Source: Azolla caroliniana
Taxonomy: Eukaryota; Plantae; Polypodiophyta
Length of the DNA stretch: 64,000 bases
Direction of reading: 5' to 3'
Assembly (NCBI GenBank): GCA_043228905.1
Contig: JBHGNT010000013.1
Span: forward strand, 11,346,001 to 11,410,000
Shown here: positions 38,480-52,100 of the stretch, one piece after another
Layout of the letters: every line of letters starts with the position of its first letter
Position numbering within the stretch: position 1 is the stretch's first letter
Made by a program: the position numbers and the translations under genes
The notes under the pieces: generated by a model
Told to the model about the DNA's origin: nothing
The model's input: the letters and a program-made list of their open reading frames with translations, nothing else
The model's database searches: none

Positions 38480-38851
38480 TTTGTAGTTTATCAAATAGAG
38501 AAAGGTTTCATTACTGGAGGTTTGTTGATTGGGCAAGATGGTCGAAGGTGTGAAAGGGGATAGGGGGATAGGACGCCAAGCACAGGAAAAGTAGAACCAT
38601 CCAAAAGATGAATAAGGCGCCGAAACTACCTAATGCTAGCATGGAATGTTTAATATGGGTGTATAATGGTTGTATTCACACTGTCCTTGAGGACGGACTA
38701 GGTTTAGGACAATAATGTAAATATGTCAAAGGGTAGTTGCCCTAGCCCAGTTAGTATATAATTGGCTTTGTAACCTATTTCATAGAGAGGTTGAGAGTGT
38801 CATTCTTGTATTGTAAATTTTGGAATAAGACTGTTACATTGTGTGCCTTTT

Positions 38852-38909
<58 letters not shown>

Positions 38910-39596
38910 TGCCTCCTTGATCTTGTTTAACTTGTTAACGTGGTGATCTTCTCAACATAGATGTTGTTATTGTTTCCGCACTAACGGTCTCAGACTCCAA
39001 CATCTAGTATCAGAACGAGGTTCTTCAACTCATTGTCGGCCGTCATCTATCTTCAACAACATCCTTGTCCCTGTCATCTTGAAGGCCCTAAGTTAGGCAA
39101 CCATCAAGAGAAGAGAAGAAAGATAATTGAAGATTTGCACTCTACTAAGCTAAATCACTCTTAAGGTAAGCTAGTCGGTTGTACCTTGCTCATGTGATTG
39201 TAGTCGCTCGGAGTGGAATCTTCATCAAATTGGCTTGGATCGTGCTTTATCCGGTTAGACAACAATTAGACAGGTCTTCCGATGTTGTTTACTCGTTTGT
39301 CATAACCACTCAAAGCAGATTCAACCCTAGGAACAACCCCTTTTGTGCTTCATTCAGCTAGATGAAATCTGGGAAGACTAGTCAAATATGTCCCTCTTAT
39401 TGTCATAGTCGTTTGAAGAAGGATCGGCTTGGAAAAATGGTAGATTAACACTGTGATTCGCACTTTGATCAGTCTAATCCGTGCTTAAATTGGCTAAGCA
39501 ACATTTGAGAAGAACAATCAATTCTGTCCCTTTGGCTGCTATAGTCACTTCAAGCAAGATCGACAATCCAATTGTCACGATTCGTGCTCAATTTGG
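38480..39596 (+). mobile_element. Decayed LTR (ending ~39002), PBS and leader of an old element that hosts copia H
   Basis: ..ctccaaca followed by tctagtatcagaac (degenerate Met PBS); the left boundary is uncertain. Confidence 0.45.
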
Positions 39597-41301
39597 TGTT
39601 AGGAAAGAAGTACCTCTAGATGGGAAGTAAAGCACAAGCCGGATCAATTAGATTTGAGGAATAAGAAAGACCGGATCCGAATCCGAATCCAGATAGCCAT
39701 CCAAAAAGGGTCATCTTTGTAAATAGGTTTTGTTGCGCCTATTTGGGCCAGAATTGTAAATAGCCCTAAAGTTGTATTAGTATAAATACAACTAGGGCAA
39801 TTAATTGTATGATGATGATGCGTGAGTTATTGTTGGTAGTTGCCTTTGTAACTGAGAGCGTGTAAGAGAGTGAGAGAGTGTAGTAACTCTGTTGTAACCG
39901 TCGTCTGACAAAGAAGAACTCAAGGTAGTTGCCTTAGAGTTTCTTATTTGTATTCCTCCTACATATAGTGATATTCTTTCGAGAGTGTGGACTCTCATGG
40001 TTTTTCCCTATTAGGGTTTTCCATGTAAAATACCTGTGTCTCTGTACTTCTATTTTTCGTCTTCTGTGATATCGGTTGGTTCAATATTTGCACCCACATA
40101 CGCATTAGTGAGAATCGGTTGTGGCCGGTAGGATCCTCACCAACTAGTTTTAAAGAAATGGATGAACATTTTGGTGGAATGTTCAAGTTAACCGGATCCA
40201 AATGCTTATTGTGGAAGTCAAAGATGCGGGATATGCTTGTGTGTAAATATTTATGGTTGCTGGTGCAGTTCAGGGATAAAAGGCTAGACAAGATTGCTGC
40301 GTGAACCTAGGAGGTTATGCATATGAAGTCGATGAAATACATTAGGTGTTTTATAGACATGAGTCTATACAACAACTTTAATGAAGAGACTAAGGCGGAT
40401 GTCCTATGGAAGAAGGTCAACGTCATGTTCAAAAACAAAAATGTCGTCAACAGAGTCTTAGTATTCTAGAAGATTGTGAGACTCTAGTATTACGATGGCT
40501 CCAACATGGCAGAGCAACTGAATGCCTTCCAGGGGTTGATCAATCAGGCCACCTCTCTAGAAGTACCTCTTGCTGACGAGGCATTGGCTTGTTTTTGCTA
40601 GGATCCCTTCCGGATAGCTAAGAGACGCTCATTTTCATATTGGGCAATGCTGAACCGGAAGGGAAACACCTATCCCTAGAGACGGTGAAGTCGAGCTTTC
40701 TGAATGAGGAAGCTCACCGGAAGGACAGAGAGTCCGTAATCGACCCAAAAGCTTCAGTCATAGAGGATGACATGAACCGGGGAAGAGGTCGGAATAGAAG
40801 TCCCTAGAATCGGGAGAAGTTTGGGACGAGGTTTAAGTCAAGGGGGAGGCCCACATGCTTCTATTGTGGGAAGCCGGGGCACTTCCAAAACAATTTTCGG
40901 CACTTCTAGAAGGAGAAAGGGGGAGATGACGGTGTAGATCTGAAGAAGAATCCGGATCGTAAAAACACCTCAGCTATCACGACAAGTCAAGAGGAGCTGC
41001 TATTGATCAATGAGCAGAATGAAGTGCACCTTGTCAGCGACAAAACGACGTGGGTGGTCGACTCCGAAGTTGTCCCTATACTTAACTCCCACCCAAAAAT
41101 GCTTCTCATCATACACTGTCGGAGACCACGGCTTAGTGAAGATGGGAAATGAAGGAGCATGCCGAATCTTCGGTATTCAAGATGTGTGCACGTGAACCGG
41201 GTGAAGAATAAACTTGAGAGATGTGTGCCACGTTCTGAAAGTTAGATTGAATCTTATAACAGTCAGTCGGCTAGATGATGAAGGCTATACGGGTAACATC
41301 C
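39597..41301 (+). mobile_element. Copia H 5' part (LTR 39597-~40144, gag, protease), inverted relative to the other H fragments
   Basis: MFKLTGSK..WKSKMRDMLV, CFYCGKPGHFQ, WVVDS, RLDDEGYTGNI; ends at catcc. Confidence 0.8.
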
Positions 41302-41709
41302 TATCAGAAATAGTACTAAAAACAGAGAGAGAATTAGTATTAGAGAAGGAAAGTACTATGAGGATTAATACTTAAAGGAAGGGAGTGTGTAAGACTCACG
41401 AGAGAAAGAGAGAGAGAGAGAATGATGATAATAGGTGATATATTATATGAAGAGTAAGTACAAGAATAGTTAGGAGGCTTAAGACTGGCGTTGAACCGAA
41501 TTGGTTCAAAATAATGCCTTGTGCCTCTTTTTATAGTGCTCTCAGGAGTACTCCTAAAGTTTCTAGAATGTTCCAGAGAAATATGGAATATACATCAATT
41601 TTCAATAGTGAAATAATAAAGAAAGAAAACAATATTCTTTGTATTACAATGTATAGCTTAATGGTAGGGCTTCAACCCATGTGACACAAGGTCATGGGTT
41701 CAAGTCGTT
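41302..41709 (-). mobile_element. Displaced, inverted remainder of the decayed chromovirus 3' LTR
   Basis: Reverse complement of ~26542-26934; continues the LTR start broken at 35550. Confidence 0.85.
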
Positions 41710-42400
41710 TATCTAAGAGAGGAGGGGAAGCATTTCTTAGGTTCTACACACAGTAAATGGTAGCTTAAGAGTTCTTGGTTTTGCACGTTTCGTTTCACAA
41801 ACCATGGGGTAAATGACAATTTGAGCCAACAACATGACCCTGGTAGGGAGATAGAACCCTGTTCAAGAGAAAGACGTGTGTGTGTGTGTGTGTGGGCAAT
41901 GTAACATACCTTAGAAGAATAAACCACGGGCATATGGTTTCACCCTATAATTTTCCTCATATAGTATTTTCCCTAGTCTTTTCTATTTTCGTTACTATTC
42001 CCTTTCTTTGTTGTAGAGACACATGTATTTTATGTGGAAAACCCTAATAGGGAAAAACCACGGGAGTCCACAAACTCGAAGAATATCACTATATGTAGGA
42101 GGAATACAAATAAGAAACTCTAAGACAACTACCTTGAGTTCTTCTTCGTTAGACTATGGTTACAACAGAGTTACTACACTCTCTCACTCTCTTACACACT
42201 CTCAGTTACAGAGGCAACTACCAACAGTAACTCACGCATCATCATCATACAATTAATTGCCCTAGTTGTATTTATACTAATACAACTTTAGGGCTATTTA
42301 CAATTCTAACCCAAATAGGCGCAACAAAACCTATTTACAAAGATGACCCTTTTTGGATGGCTATCCAGATCCGGATCTGGTCTTTCTTCTTCCTCAGATT

Positions 42401-43137
42401 TGTTAAGAAATCGATGCGGAAATTTAATTCACAATGAACAAACAATGCTGAAATACGAATTACAGAAATGCCAGAAAGACAAGATAAACAAGAGTGGACA
42501 AAGATTTACGTGGAAACCCTAAAATAGGAGAAAACCATGGGAACAAAATCTTCACTATGGATAGTGGATATACAATGCAGAGATGATTACAACACTCTGT
42601 CGAGTGTATCAGCCACACAGGGCTCTTCGCGTCTGCTCTTACTCACACAGCTATGGTGCGGCTCACACACACACTCTCTCTATCTCTACCTCTCACTTTT
42701 TGCTATCATGCGCACTACAAAATCTTCACTATGGATAGTGGATATACAATGCAGAGATGATTACAACACTCTGTCGAGTGTATCAGCCACACAGGGCTCT
42801 TCGCGTCTGCTCTTACTCACACAGCTATGGCGCGGCTCACACACACACTCTCTCTATCTCTACCTCTCACTTTTTGCTATCATGCGCACTACAACTTCAG
42901 TACACATCATAGAGTTTGCCCTAGTTGCATATATACATACACAACTTTCTGTGTATTTACATACCTAGCCTTCATGGAGAGCACATTCAGACTATTTACA
43001 AATATAGTCTCCCGAGTTGGCTATTTACACGATTCCGGTTTCGGCCTCGGCCGAGTCCCTCATCAACTCGGCTCCTCGACTGTCGGCTTTTCGAACTATC
43101 GGATCTTCCTCCCACTGGAGGGATATATTTCCCAACA
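42401..43137 (-). mobile_element. Copia-type solo LTR with a 174-bp internal tandem duplication (42543-42890)
   Basis: TG..CA ends, degenerate TSD agatt/ggatc, absent from the left arm of the inverted duplication. Confidence 0.8.
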
Positions 43138-46100
43138 GGATCTAACTGATTTGGCTCGTGCTTTACTTCCCATCTAGAGGGACTTGTTTCCTAACACCGA
43201 AATGAGCACGAATCGTGACGATTGGATTGTTGATCCTGCTTGAAGTGACTATAGCAGTCAAAGGGACAAAATTGATTGTTCTTCTCAAATGTTGCTTAGC
43301 CAAGTTAAGCACGGATTAGACTAATCAAAGTGCGAATCACAGTGTTAATCTACCATTTTTCCAAGCCGATCCTTCTTCAAACGACTATGACAATAAGAGG
43401 GACATATTTGACTAGTCTTCCCAGATTTCATCTAGAGCACGAAAGGGGTTGTTCCTAGGGCTGGATCTACTTTGAGTGGTTATGACAAATGAGTAAATAA
43501 GTTGGAAGACCTGTCTGATTGTTGTCTAACCTAATAAAGCACGATCCAAGCCAATTTTGATGGAGATTCCACTCCGAGCGGTTACAATCACAAGAGCAAG
43601 GTACAACCGACTAGCTTACCTTAGGAGTGATTTAACTTAGTAGAGTGCAAATCTTCAGTTATCTATCTTCTCTTCTCTTGATGGTTGCCTAACTTAGGGC
43701 CTTCAAGATGATAGGGACAAAAATGTTGTTGAAGATAGATGACGGCCGACAATGAGTTGAAGAACCTTGCTCTGATACTAGATGTTGGAGTCTGAGACTG
43801 TTAGTGTGGAAACAAGAACAACATCTATGTTGAGAAGATCACCACGTTAACAAGTTAAACAAGATCAAGGAGGCAAAGTGAGAGAGAGAGAGACAAAAAG
43901 GCACACAATGTAATAGTCTTATTTCAAAATTTACAATACAAGAATGGCACTCTCAACCTCTCTATGAAGTACGTTACCAAGCCAATTATATACTAATTGG
44001 GCTAGGGCAACTACCCTTTGACATATTTACATTATTGTCCTAAACCTAGTCCGTCCTCAAGGACAATGTGAATACAACCATTATACACCCATATTCAACA
44101 TTCCATGCTATCATTAGGTAGTTTCAGCGCCTTATTCGTCTTTTAGATGGTTCTACTTTTCCTATGCTTGACGTCCTATCCCCTTTCACACCTTCGCCTG
44201 TCCTGCCCAGCCAATAGACCTCCAATAATGAAATCTTTCTCTATTTGATAAACTACAAAATTATATAATTATATTGTATGTAAAAACCACCATTATAATA
44301 TTGTTGCCCTCCCTACAATAGGTAGAGTACGTGATTCCCAAGGGCCATAACCATTTTTGTGCATTTTTAGTTATTGTTCCTCAACATTAAACTTGTGCTA
44401 GAGATTCTTTGTCTCTCACTTTTTAGTGGTATTAGGTGTCAAACACTTCACTTCAAGCCTTACACTAATCTCCTTGTGTGGCCACAGTTACTAGAGCTAT
44501 GTGGAAGGAGTAAATGAAGTAGCACCGGATTTGGCACACAAGGACTTTCTGGTTTGGGAACAAGGAGCAAGCAAAGTCTTGTACTACCTTGCGTCCTGTG
44601 TGCACGATCAGATGATGGGCTACATTCGAGACATAAAGACGTTGAAGGAGTCTTGGGAAAATTTGGAAAAGATTTTTGCCACAAGTACCATGGCTAGGAA
44701 GTTGCAACTCTGGCAAGAACGCAACAATATCAGAAATGAGAAAATTTAATAAAGTTTATTAGTAAAGGGAAAGAAAATTTACAATTGTTGAGAGACAAGC
44801 TCAACATCGGCCGGTTCGGCTGAAGAAGCCGAGGACCGGATCGGTTGGGACCGATCGGTTAGGCCGAGTGGATACACCGGGAGGTCGTTAGGAAAGATAT
44901 TCCGTGAGGAATATATTTGGGAGTTAGTGTAGGAGCTCTTGATGAGCATTGAAGTACTATCAGTACTTCGGTCAGTCCTTCTAGGACTTGTATAAAAGTG
45001 CTCACTGAGCACGTCTTATGTACAAAGATTGAGTATTATTGTTAAATATAGTTTTTTGGTGTTTTCTCTCTCTGTCTCTCCCGCGTATACCGTGTAAGCT
45101 CAAGCTCTCCATTAAACTTGAGTTTCCTTCCTTCTGTTCGGTCTTCATACTTGCTTCCGCACGCTACTTTCTACATGGTATCAGAGCGCGAGGGTTGAGA
45201 ACCTCTCTGCAGCTGACACAACTTGATGAAGAAGAACGAGAAGAACGATGGATAGAGGCATGGCGAGCTCGCTTCCAACAGAGAAGCTCAACAAAACCAA
45301 CTACGCGTCTTGGTCCTACAAGATGCACCAGTACCTGCTCAGGCACGACTACTGGAGTTATGTCGAAGGAGCTAATGACGCGGCACCCGAATCGACACAC
45401 AGAGACTTCCCGTCGTGGGAGCAATTGGCGAGCAGGGTATTGTACTGCTTCGCGTCGTGTGTGGGCGAACAACTATTGAGCTATGTTCGGGATGCAAAGA
45501 CGTTGAAGGGTGCGTGGGAAAATTTGAAGAAGATTTTCGCCGCGAGCACCACAGCCAGGAAGCTTCAGCTCTGACAGGAGTTGAGCAACCTACGACAACG
45601 CGACTTGTCGGTGGCGAACTATACCTCGAAGATCAAGGATATCTGCGACTCCCTTGCCTCCATAGAGGTGAACATCGAGGAGAGCAAGATGGTCCAGATC
45701 TGTCTCGGAGGTTTGGCGTCGAAGTTCGGAGCGTTCCGAAAGGCTGTGTGTACCCGGGAGAATACGCCGTCCTTTCTCGACTTACAGTCGATGCTCCTGG
45801 TAGAGGAGAACCACGCGGGTGCGTCTACAAGCACGCACACTGACAGCAAAATGTTGTACACGGAGGGAGATAGGCCTCGTGGACGTGGAGGACGAGGCGA
45901 GTCGGCACGCAATGGAGGCGGCCGACGAGATCAAGAAAGAAGGCACCGAAGTGATGCCGACAGCAACTCCGGACCCTCCGGAAACAAGGGGAGTCGAAGC
46001 GATGAGAACCGGCAAGGGAAGGCCATCGCTGAGTGCTGGTACTGTGGCAAGAAAGGCCACAGGGAAAGTGAGTGCTGGAAGAAGCGCGCCGATTCGGAGA

Positions 46101-48528
46101 GAACCGGTTCCGGAAACGGCTCCGGACATACCGACAAGGGAAATCGGCAGCGATCACACTACGCCCAAGACTCTGGGAGAGTCGGAGAAGGGACTGCCTT
46201 CGTGACGAGACACGAAGCAAACTCAATGAAGCAGACCACCCCGAGATCGGACGAGGTGTGGTACGTAGACTCCGGCGCGTCAAACCACATGACGAGCCAT
46301 AAGGAGTGGTTCTCGTACCTTGAAAAACCGATACAACCTGGAGTAGTCGCAACAGGAGACCACACTCCGCATCCGATCGTGAATGTCGGAGAAGTTCCCC
46401 TTAGCCATGTCGGGCAGAAAGGGAAACTCATGAACGTGCTGCACGTTCCGACAATCACGAAAAACATGGTCTCGGTCGGACAGATCGTCGACCAAGGGAT
46501 GGAGGTTCGGTTTACACACCTCGGGTGCTTCATTGAGGAAGAAGGCCGTGTGATTGCGCAAGGGCGTAGAGACGGGAGGATGTTCATCCTCGACTCCACT
46601 GACGGCGGCACCGCAATGTTCGCGAAGGGACAAAAGACCGAGTCGGACATCGACTTGTGGCACAAGCGGATAGGCCACGTCAATCACCAGCAGCTTCAAG
46701 ATCTGCAAACGAAACAGGTAGTGTTCGGATTGCCCAAATTGAGTGGCCGAAAGGCACAAATTTGTGAAGCCTGCCAGCTCGGGAAGCAACACCGACTTCC
46801 CTTCCCCAACGAGCGAAACCGGAGCCGGAACAAGCTCGACCTTATACACTCCGATGTATGGGGGCCAGCACAAAACGTTAGTCTTGGCGGGAGCCGATAT
46901 TTCGTCTCCTTCATCGATGACCACACGCAGCACACGTGGATCTACCTCATTGAGAGGAAGAGCGAAGTCTTCGACTGTTTCCGGGACCTCAAAGGGTTCG
47001 TGGAAGCTGAAACGGGACGAAAGATCAAGTGCTTGCGGTCGGATGGCGGGAAAGAGTACTTTTCCGGTCAATTCAACGGTTATCTACAACAAATGGGAAT
47101 TCGCCGCGAATTCAATTGTAGATACACGCCGGAATAGAACGGCGTGGCCGAGAGAAAGAATCGGTCGATTGTGGAAGTGGCACGAGCGATGTTGGAGGAG
47201 AAGAGCTTGCCCAAGTTCTACTGGGCCGAGGCGGTAAGGACCGCGGTATACATCTAGAACCGGATCGGAGACAAAGTGTCAGCGCACGAGCTATATTTCG
47301 GAACGAAGCCAAACTTGCGACACTTGAGGGTGTTCGGTAGCATTGCGTATGTGCATATACCGAAGGAGAAAAGGAGGAAGCTGGACGCAAAGGCCGAGAA
47401 ATGCATCTTGGTCGGTTACTCGGACGAGCAGAAGGGTTATAAGTGCTATAACCCTCGCACCAAACAAGCATGTGTCAGCCGCGACGTTGTGTTTGACGAG
47501 TCCGCGTCCTGGTACCTGCTGTGAAACTGTTTTTAGAATTCAAGCCATTGGACACTAAAAGAATATAAGGTATGGAGGATTCACATTTGGAGGACAAGGA
47601 CATGAACTAACATCTCGTGGATAAGTCCAAATAAAAACAAGAAAGATGGAAAAAAGTAAAAGAAGGAAAAAGCAGACCACCAAAAAGCAGTCAGAAACAA
47701 ACGCCCATAACTCATTCGTTTGGAAGCCAAATATCACGTGTAAATATGGGTTAGAAAGGTTGTGAAGAGAGCTATCCGTAGCTTTTTAAAACTCTAAATT
47801 TGGAGCATGGATGAGGGAGATATGAGGATTAGAAGATCGTTGTGTCATAGCTAAGAATAGGAGATGGAAAAGCTCTAAAAAAAGCGTGGAAAAGAAAGCA
47901 AGCGAAACTTATCTACTAGAGGAGAACTTCATATAAAGCAAGAAGAGTGAGGTGGTGAGGGAGTGGTTTTCTTGTGGTGTTTTTTCTTACCTATTCATGT
48001 AGTGCGTTTTTCTAGTGATCAATTGATCCTTGTAGGCTTGAGTTTATGTGTCAGGAATCAGTAGTAAGACGGAGACGGAATTAGTACTAAACGAAGGATT
48101 AGTACTACAGAGAAGGGATTAGTACTAAACGAAGGATTAGTACTATGAGGGGTGTAGAACTTCTTGAGAGAGAAGGAAGAAGTGAGCGAGACAGAGAGAC
48201 AGAGAGAGAGAGAGAGAGAGAGGGTAATGATGAGAGAAATATATGTATTACGTGAAAAGAATGTACAACTGTGGCTAGAAGGCTTAAGACTGGCGTTGAA
48301 CCAATTTGGTTCAACATAACGCCTAGTGCCCTCTTTTATAGTATTTCTAAGAGTAATCCTGAAGCTTCTAGAATGTTCCAGAGAAATCTGGAATATACAT
48401 CAATTTCTAAAATAAAACATAAATGAAAATAATATCCTACAACTTATAATGTATAGTCTAATGGTAAGACCTCGACCCATGTAGCATAAGGTCATGGGTT
48501 CGAGTCTTGCCATGACACTATCCCCCCC

Positions 48529-51500
48529 TTAAAAACGACGAGTGCCACGAGTCGTTTTGGATTGAGGACCCGGTTTGTGTGGATATCGACGATGGAAGTC
48601 TTCGAGAAGAGCACGAGCATTGGTCACATTCTCGATCGGCTCCCAAGTACGCTCGCTGGGACTATATCCTAGCCAATCGACTAGATAGTAGAGCTTGTTG
48701 CGAGTAATCTTGGAATCAAGGATGGCGGCAACCTCGTACTCAGGTCCATCTTCAAGCTCGATCGGGGGTGGAGGTGGTGGAATACGGCCTGGAATGGTGC
48801 TTTCGCGATAGGGTTCGAGGAGAGAACTATGGAACACCGGATGAATCCGAAGGTGCGGAGGGAGTTCGAGCCGAAAAGCAACATCATTAATCTTCCCGAT
48901 AATACGGAAAGGACCTAACCGCCGATAGTCCAACTTCTCACATGGGCGAGTAGTCTTGACGTGTCGTCGAAGCAGCCATACCCGATCGCCAATGTCAAAA
49001 CTGGATGGAAGTCGATGACGATCCGCATAAACCTTGTGTGCTTGTTGAGCTTGCTGGAGCTGAGTAGATAGATCCGCTTGTATCTTGTGTAATCGCTCCA
49101 AACGATCCTCTGCGCAAGGATTCGTGGGCAATTCTGGGGTTTCAACTACACACCATCGGGGATGACAACCTGTATAAGCATAAAATGGGGTAACCTTTGT
49201 TGAGGAGTGGACGGAGTTGTTATATGCAAACTCGGCGAAATGGAGAATATCTGCCCAATCATCTTGATGGTAACTTAGAAAACACCGAAGATACTGCTCC
49301 AACGTTTGATTTGTTCGTTTTGCCTGGCCGTCTGTTTGCGGGTGGTAGCCGGAGGAAAGGTTACAAGTCACTTGAAGCATTTTAAAGAAGTACTTCCAAA
49401 ACTTCGAAACGAATTGGGGTCCACGATCGCTGATGATGCTATCAGGGAGGCCGTGATGCCGACATACTTCGCGCATCACAATCTCGGCGGTTCCTTCACT
49501 GGATATTTCTTTAGTACATGGTAGGAAATGAGCCATCTTCGTATAGCGATCTACGACTGTTAAGATCGCATCGAATCCCTTAGACATCGGGAGGTCCGTG
49601 ATGAAATCTAGAGCAATGGATTGCCACGGCTTACTCGGAATTGGTAATGGTTCTAACAAACCATATGGATGATGCCTTGGCATTTTTGCCCTGCAACATG
49701 TATCACAAGTCCGAACAAAATCTTCGACAAATTGTCGCATGTGGGGCCACCAGAATGAGCGTTGTACTAAATCTAATGTTTTAGTACTACCAAAATGCCC
49801 AGCAGTATATGTATCATGACAGCTTTGGACTACTTGAAGGCGACCAGTACCATTAGGAACATACAAGAGTGTCTTAAAAAATAGTAATCCATCATGGTAT
49901 TGGAATTGCCGATAATCCGTACCTGGTTGTTGCGATTCCGAACAAGATGCTTGAGAGGGATCGATTTGTTTTAGAATGGCTTGGGCGAATGCATCTGTCT
50001 TCAAGTCCTCCCGTATGGTATCGATAACGCGAGAATCCATGGGCATGTCGAAGATCTGTGCTGCTTGTAGTCGTGCCGGTCCCAAGATGACTTGCTTTTG
50101 GTTATCGAAGGCTGGCTCGCCGGGACGCGGTGCTAGATATGAACGTCGTGATAATGCATCCGCCTTCCCTTGGTGCTTCCCCGGTCGATAAGTAATTTTG
50201 AAGTCGAAACGTGTGAGGAAGTGGGCCCACCGGGCTTGACGTCGATTCAGCACACGAGCATCCTGAAAGTAGGCAAGGTTCTTGTGGTCACTGAATACAG
50301 TGACTGGGTGAGGGGATCCCTCTAGGAAATGCCTCCATTGCATAAATGAATCCACTATTGCCAAGAGTTCCTTATCATGTATCTCGTAGTTGATTTCGGC
50401 GGCGTCAAACTTTCGTGAATGAAAAGCCACAGGATGTAGCTTCTCGTCATTACCATGTTGTGACAGAATGCTCCCCAATGCGAAATCCGATGCGTCAGCT
50501 TCGATAATGAATGGTTTTTCTGGATCGACATGACCCAGAATTGGAGCTGATGTAAACGCCTTTTTCAGATTCTCGAAAGCCAAGTCTGTTTCTTCAGACC
50601 AAATGAACGCTTGCCCCTTTCTGGTAAGCTGTGTGAGAGGCAGAACGATCCTTGAGTAATCTTGTATGAACTTCCGGTAAAAATTGGCAAAGCCTAGAAA
50701 ACACTGCACATCCCGCACCGAACGCGGAGTCTGCCAATCCACCACCGTTTTGACTTTAGCTGGGTCCATGGAGATGCCTTCTGAGGAGATGACATAGCCG
50801 AGAAATTCCACCTGGTTGCACCCGAAACTACATTTTTCTAGTTTTGCATACAGACCATGTTCTCGAAGTCGTTTTAGTATTGATAGTACATGAGAATCAT
50901 GCTCTTCCTGGGTCTTCGAATAAACCAATAGATCATCCAAGTAGATGATCAAAAAATTATCCAACAGGTCTCGGAATATATCGTTCGCCATGTGCTGGAA
51001 GACTGCCGGCGCATTAGTGAGACCGAACGGCATGACTGTATACTCGAAGTGCCCGTATCTAGTACGAAACGCCGTCTTCCATTCGTCTCCTGGTCGAATT
51101 CGTACGAGGTTATATGCTCCTCGTAAGTCGATCTTCGTGAAGAACCTGGCACCATTGATCCGTTCTAAAAGACTTGAGATAAGGGGCAGTGCATACCTAT
51201 TCCTGATGGTGACTTTATTTAAGCCACGATAGTCGACAACAAGGCGAAGAGATCCGTCCTTCTTCTTGACGAAGAAAATAGGTGCGCCTGCGGGAGATTT
51301 TGAATGCCGAATGAAACCATTAGCCAAATTCTCCTCTATGTAGGCTCGAAGGACTTCTAGCTCCGTAGGTGACAAATTGTAGATTGGCCCCCATGGCGGC
51401 TCCTTTCCTGGTTGTAGATCGATGGGGCAATCGTACGGTCGATGATGAGGAAGTGTGTTGGCTTGTATTTTATCGAACAAATCAGCATACTGACGATACT

Positions 51501-52100
51501 TCTCGGGAAGTTGAACGATGGACTCCTCTTTGGTGGTGCTGGAGGGTTGTACTGATATTGCGAAGAGAAACATGTCCTCCTTGTGCCCTTCCTCACGCAA
51601 CTGATGTAGTGAAATGGTTGCAATCTTCTGGGTAGATCCTTGGGTTTGTCGAAACTGAATTTTCCTTGTCCTCCAATCTATGTCTGGGTTATGTAACTCA
51701 AACCATGGTAATCCTAAAACTATGGGATGTTCTGGAATACTAATTATATTAAATGATATTACACATGCTAGATTATCTAGGACAACATTAACGGGCTCTG
51801 ATTCTTCTATGATATTTCCGGAAGCAATGGGACGACCATCAATGACTACTACGGAGGCTGGACACGAGAGTTTTCTAAGAGATATCTGATGAGCTTGGGC
51901 AAAATTCTTATCCATAAAGCAAGAGTTTGCTCCGGAATCTAGGAGTGCTAAGACATGTACTGGAGGGGTACTTTTAGTACTAACGGCTACTTGGGCTACG
52001 AACACATTGCTAACTTGCTTAGAGGAAATGGAACCACTAGTGGGCTGCACAGATCTAGGGCTGTCCAACCAAACGGCTCCTATTTTGGCTGGACTTAGTC
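48529..52100 (-). CDS. Pol polyprotein (PR-RT-RNaseH-INT-chromodomain), probably expressed by -1 frameshift
   Basis: LLDSGA, YLDD, EADASDFALG, SDRGPQF, GPF motif, chromodomain YEVAAILDSKITRNKLYYLVDWLGYSPSERTWEP. Confidence 0.93.

Larger units (their letters stand above)
38258..44479. repeat. Large inverted duplication: 38258-~40045 versus ~42016-44479
   Basis: Arms are reverse complements (4 mismatches in one 60-bp stretch checked); the right arm carries an extra solo LTR. Confidence 0.9.

Noticed and set aside
38258-44479. Inverted arms as terminal inverted repeats of a giant DNA transposon
   Set aside because: The arms consist of pre-existing nested LTR fragments, there is no transposase or TSD, and some gag sequence is lost at the junction; a rearrangement fits better
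48447-48517. Functional tRNA gene
   Set aside because: No pairing acceptor stem or canonical anticodon arm; reported only as a tRNA-like promoter module
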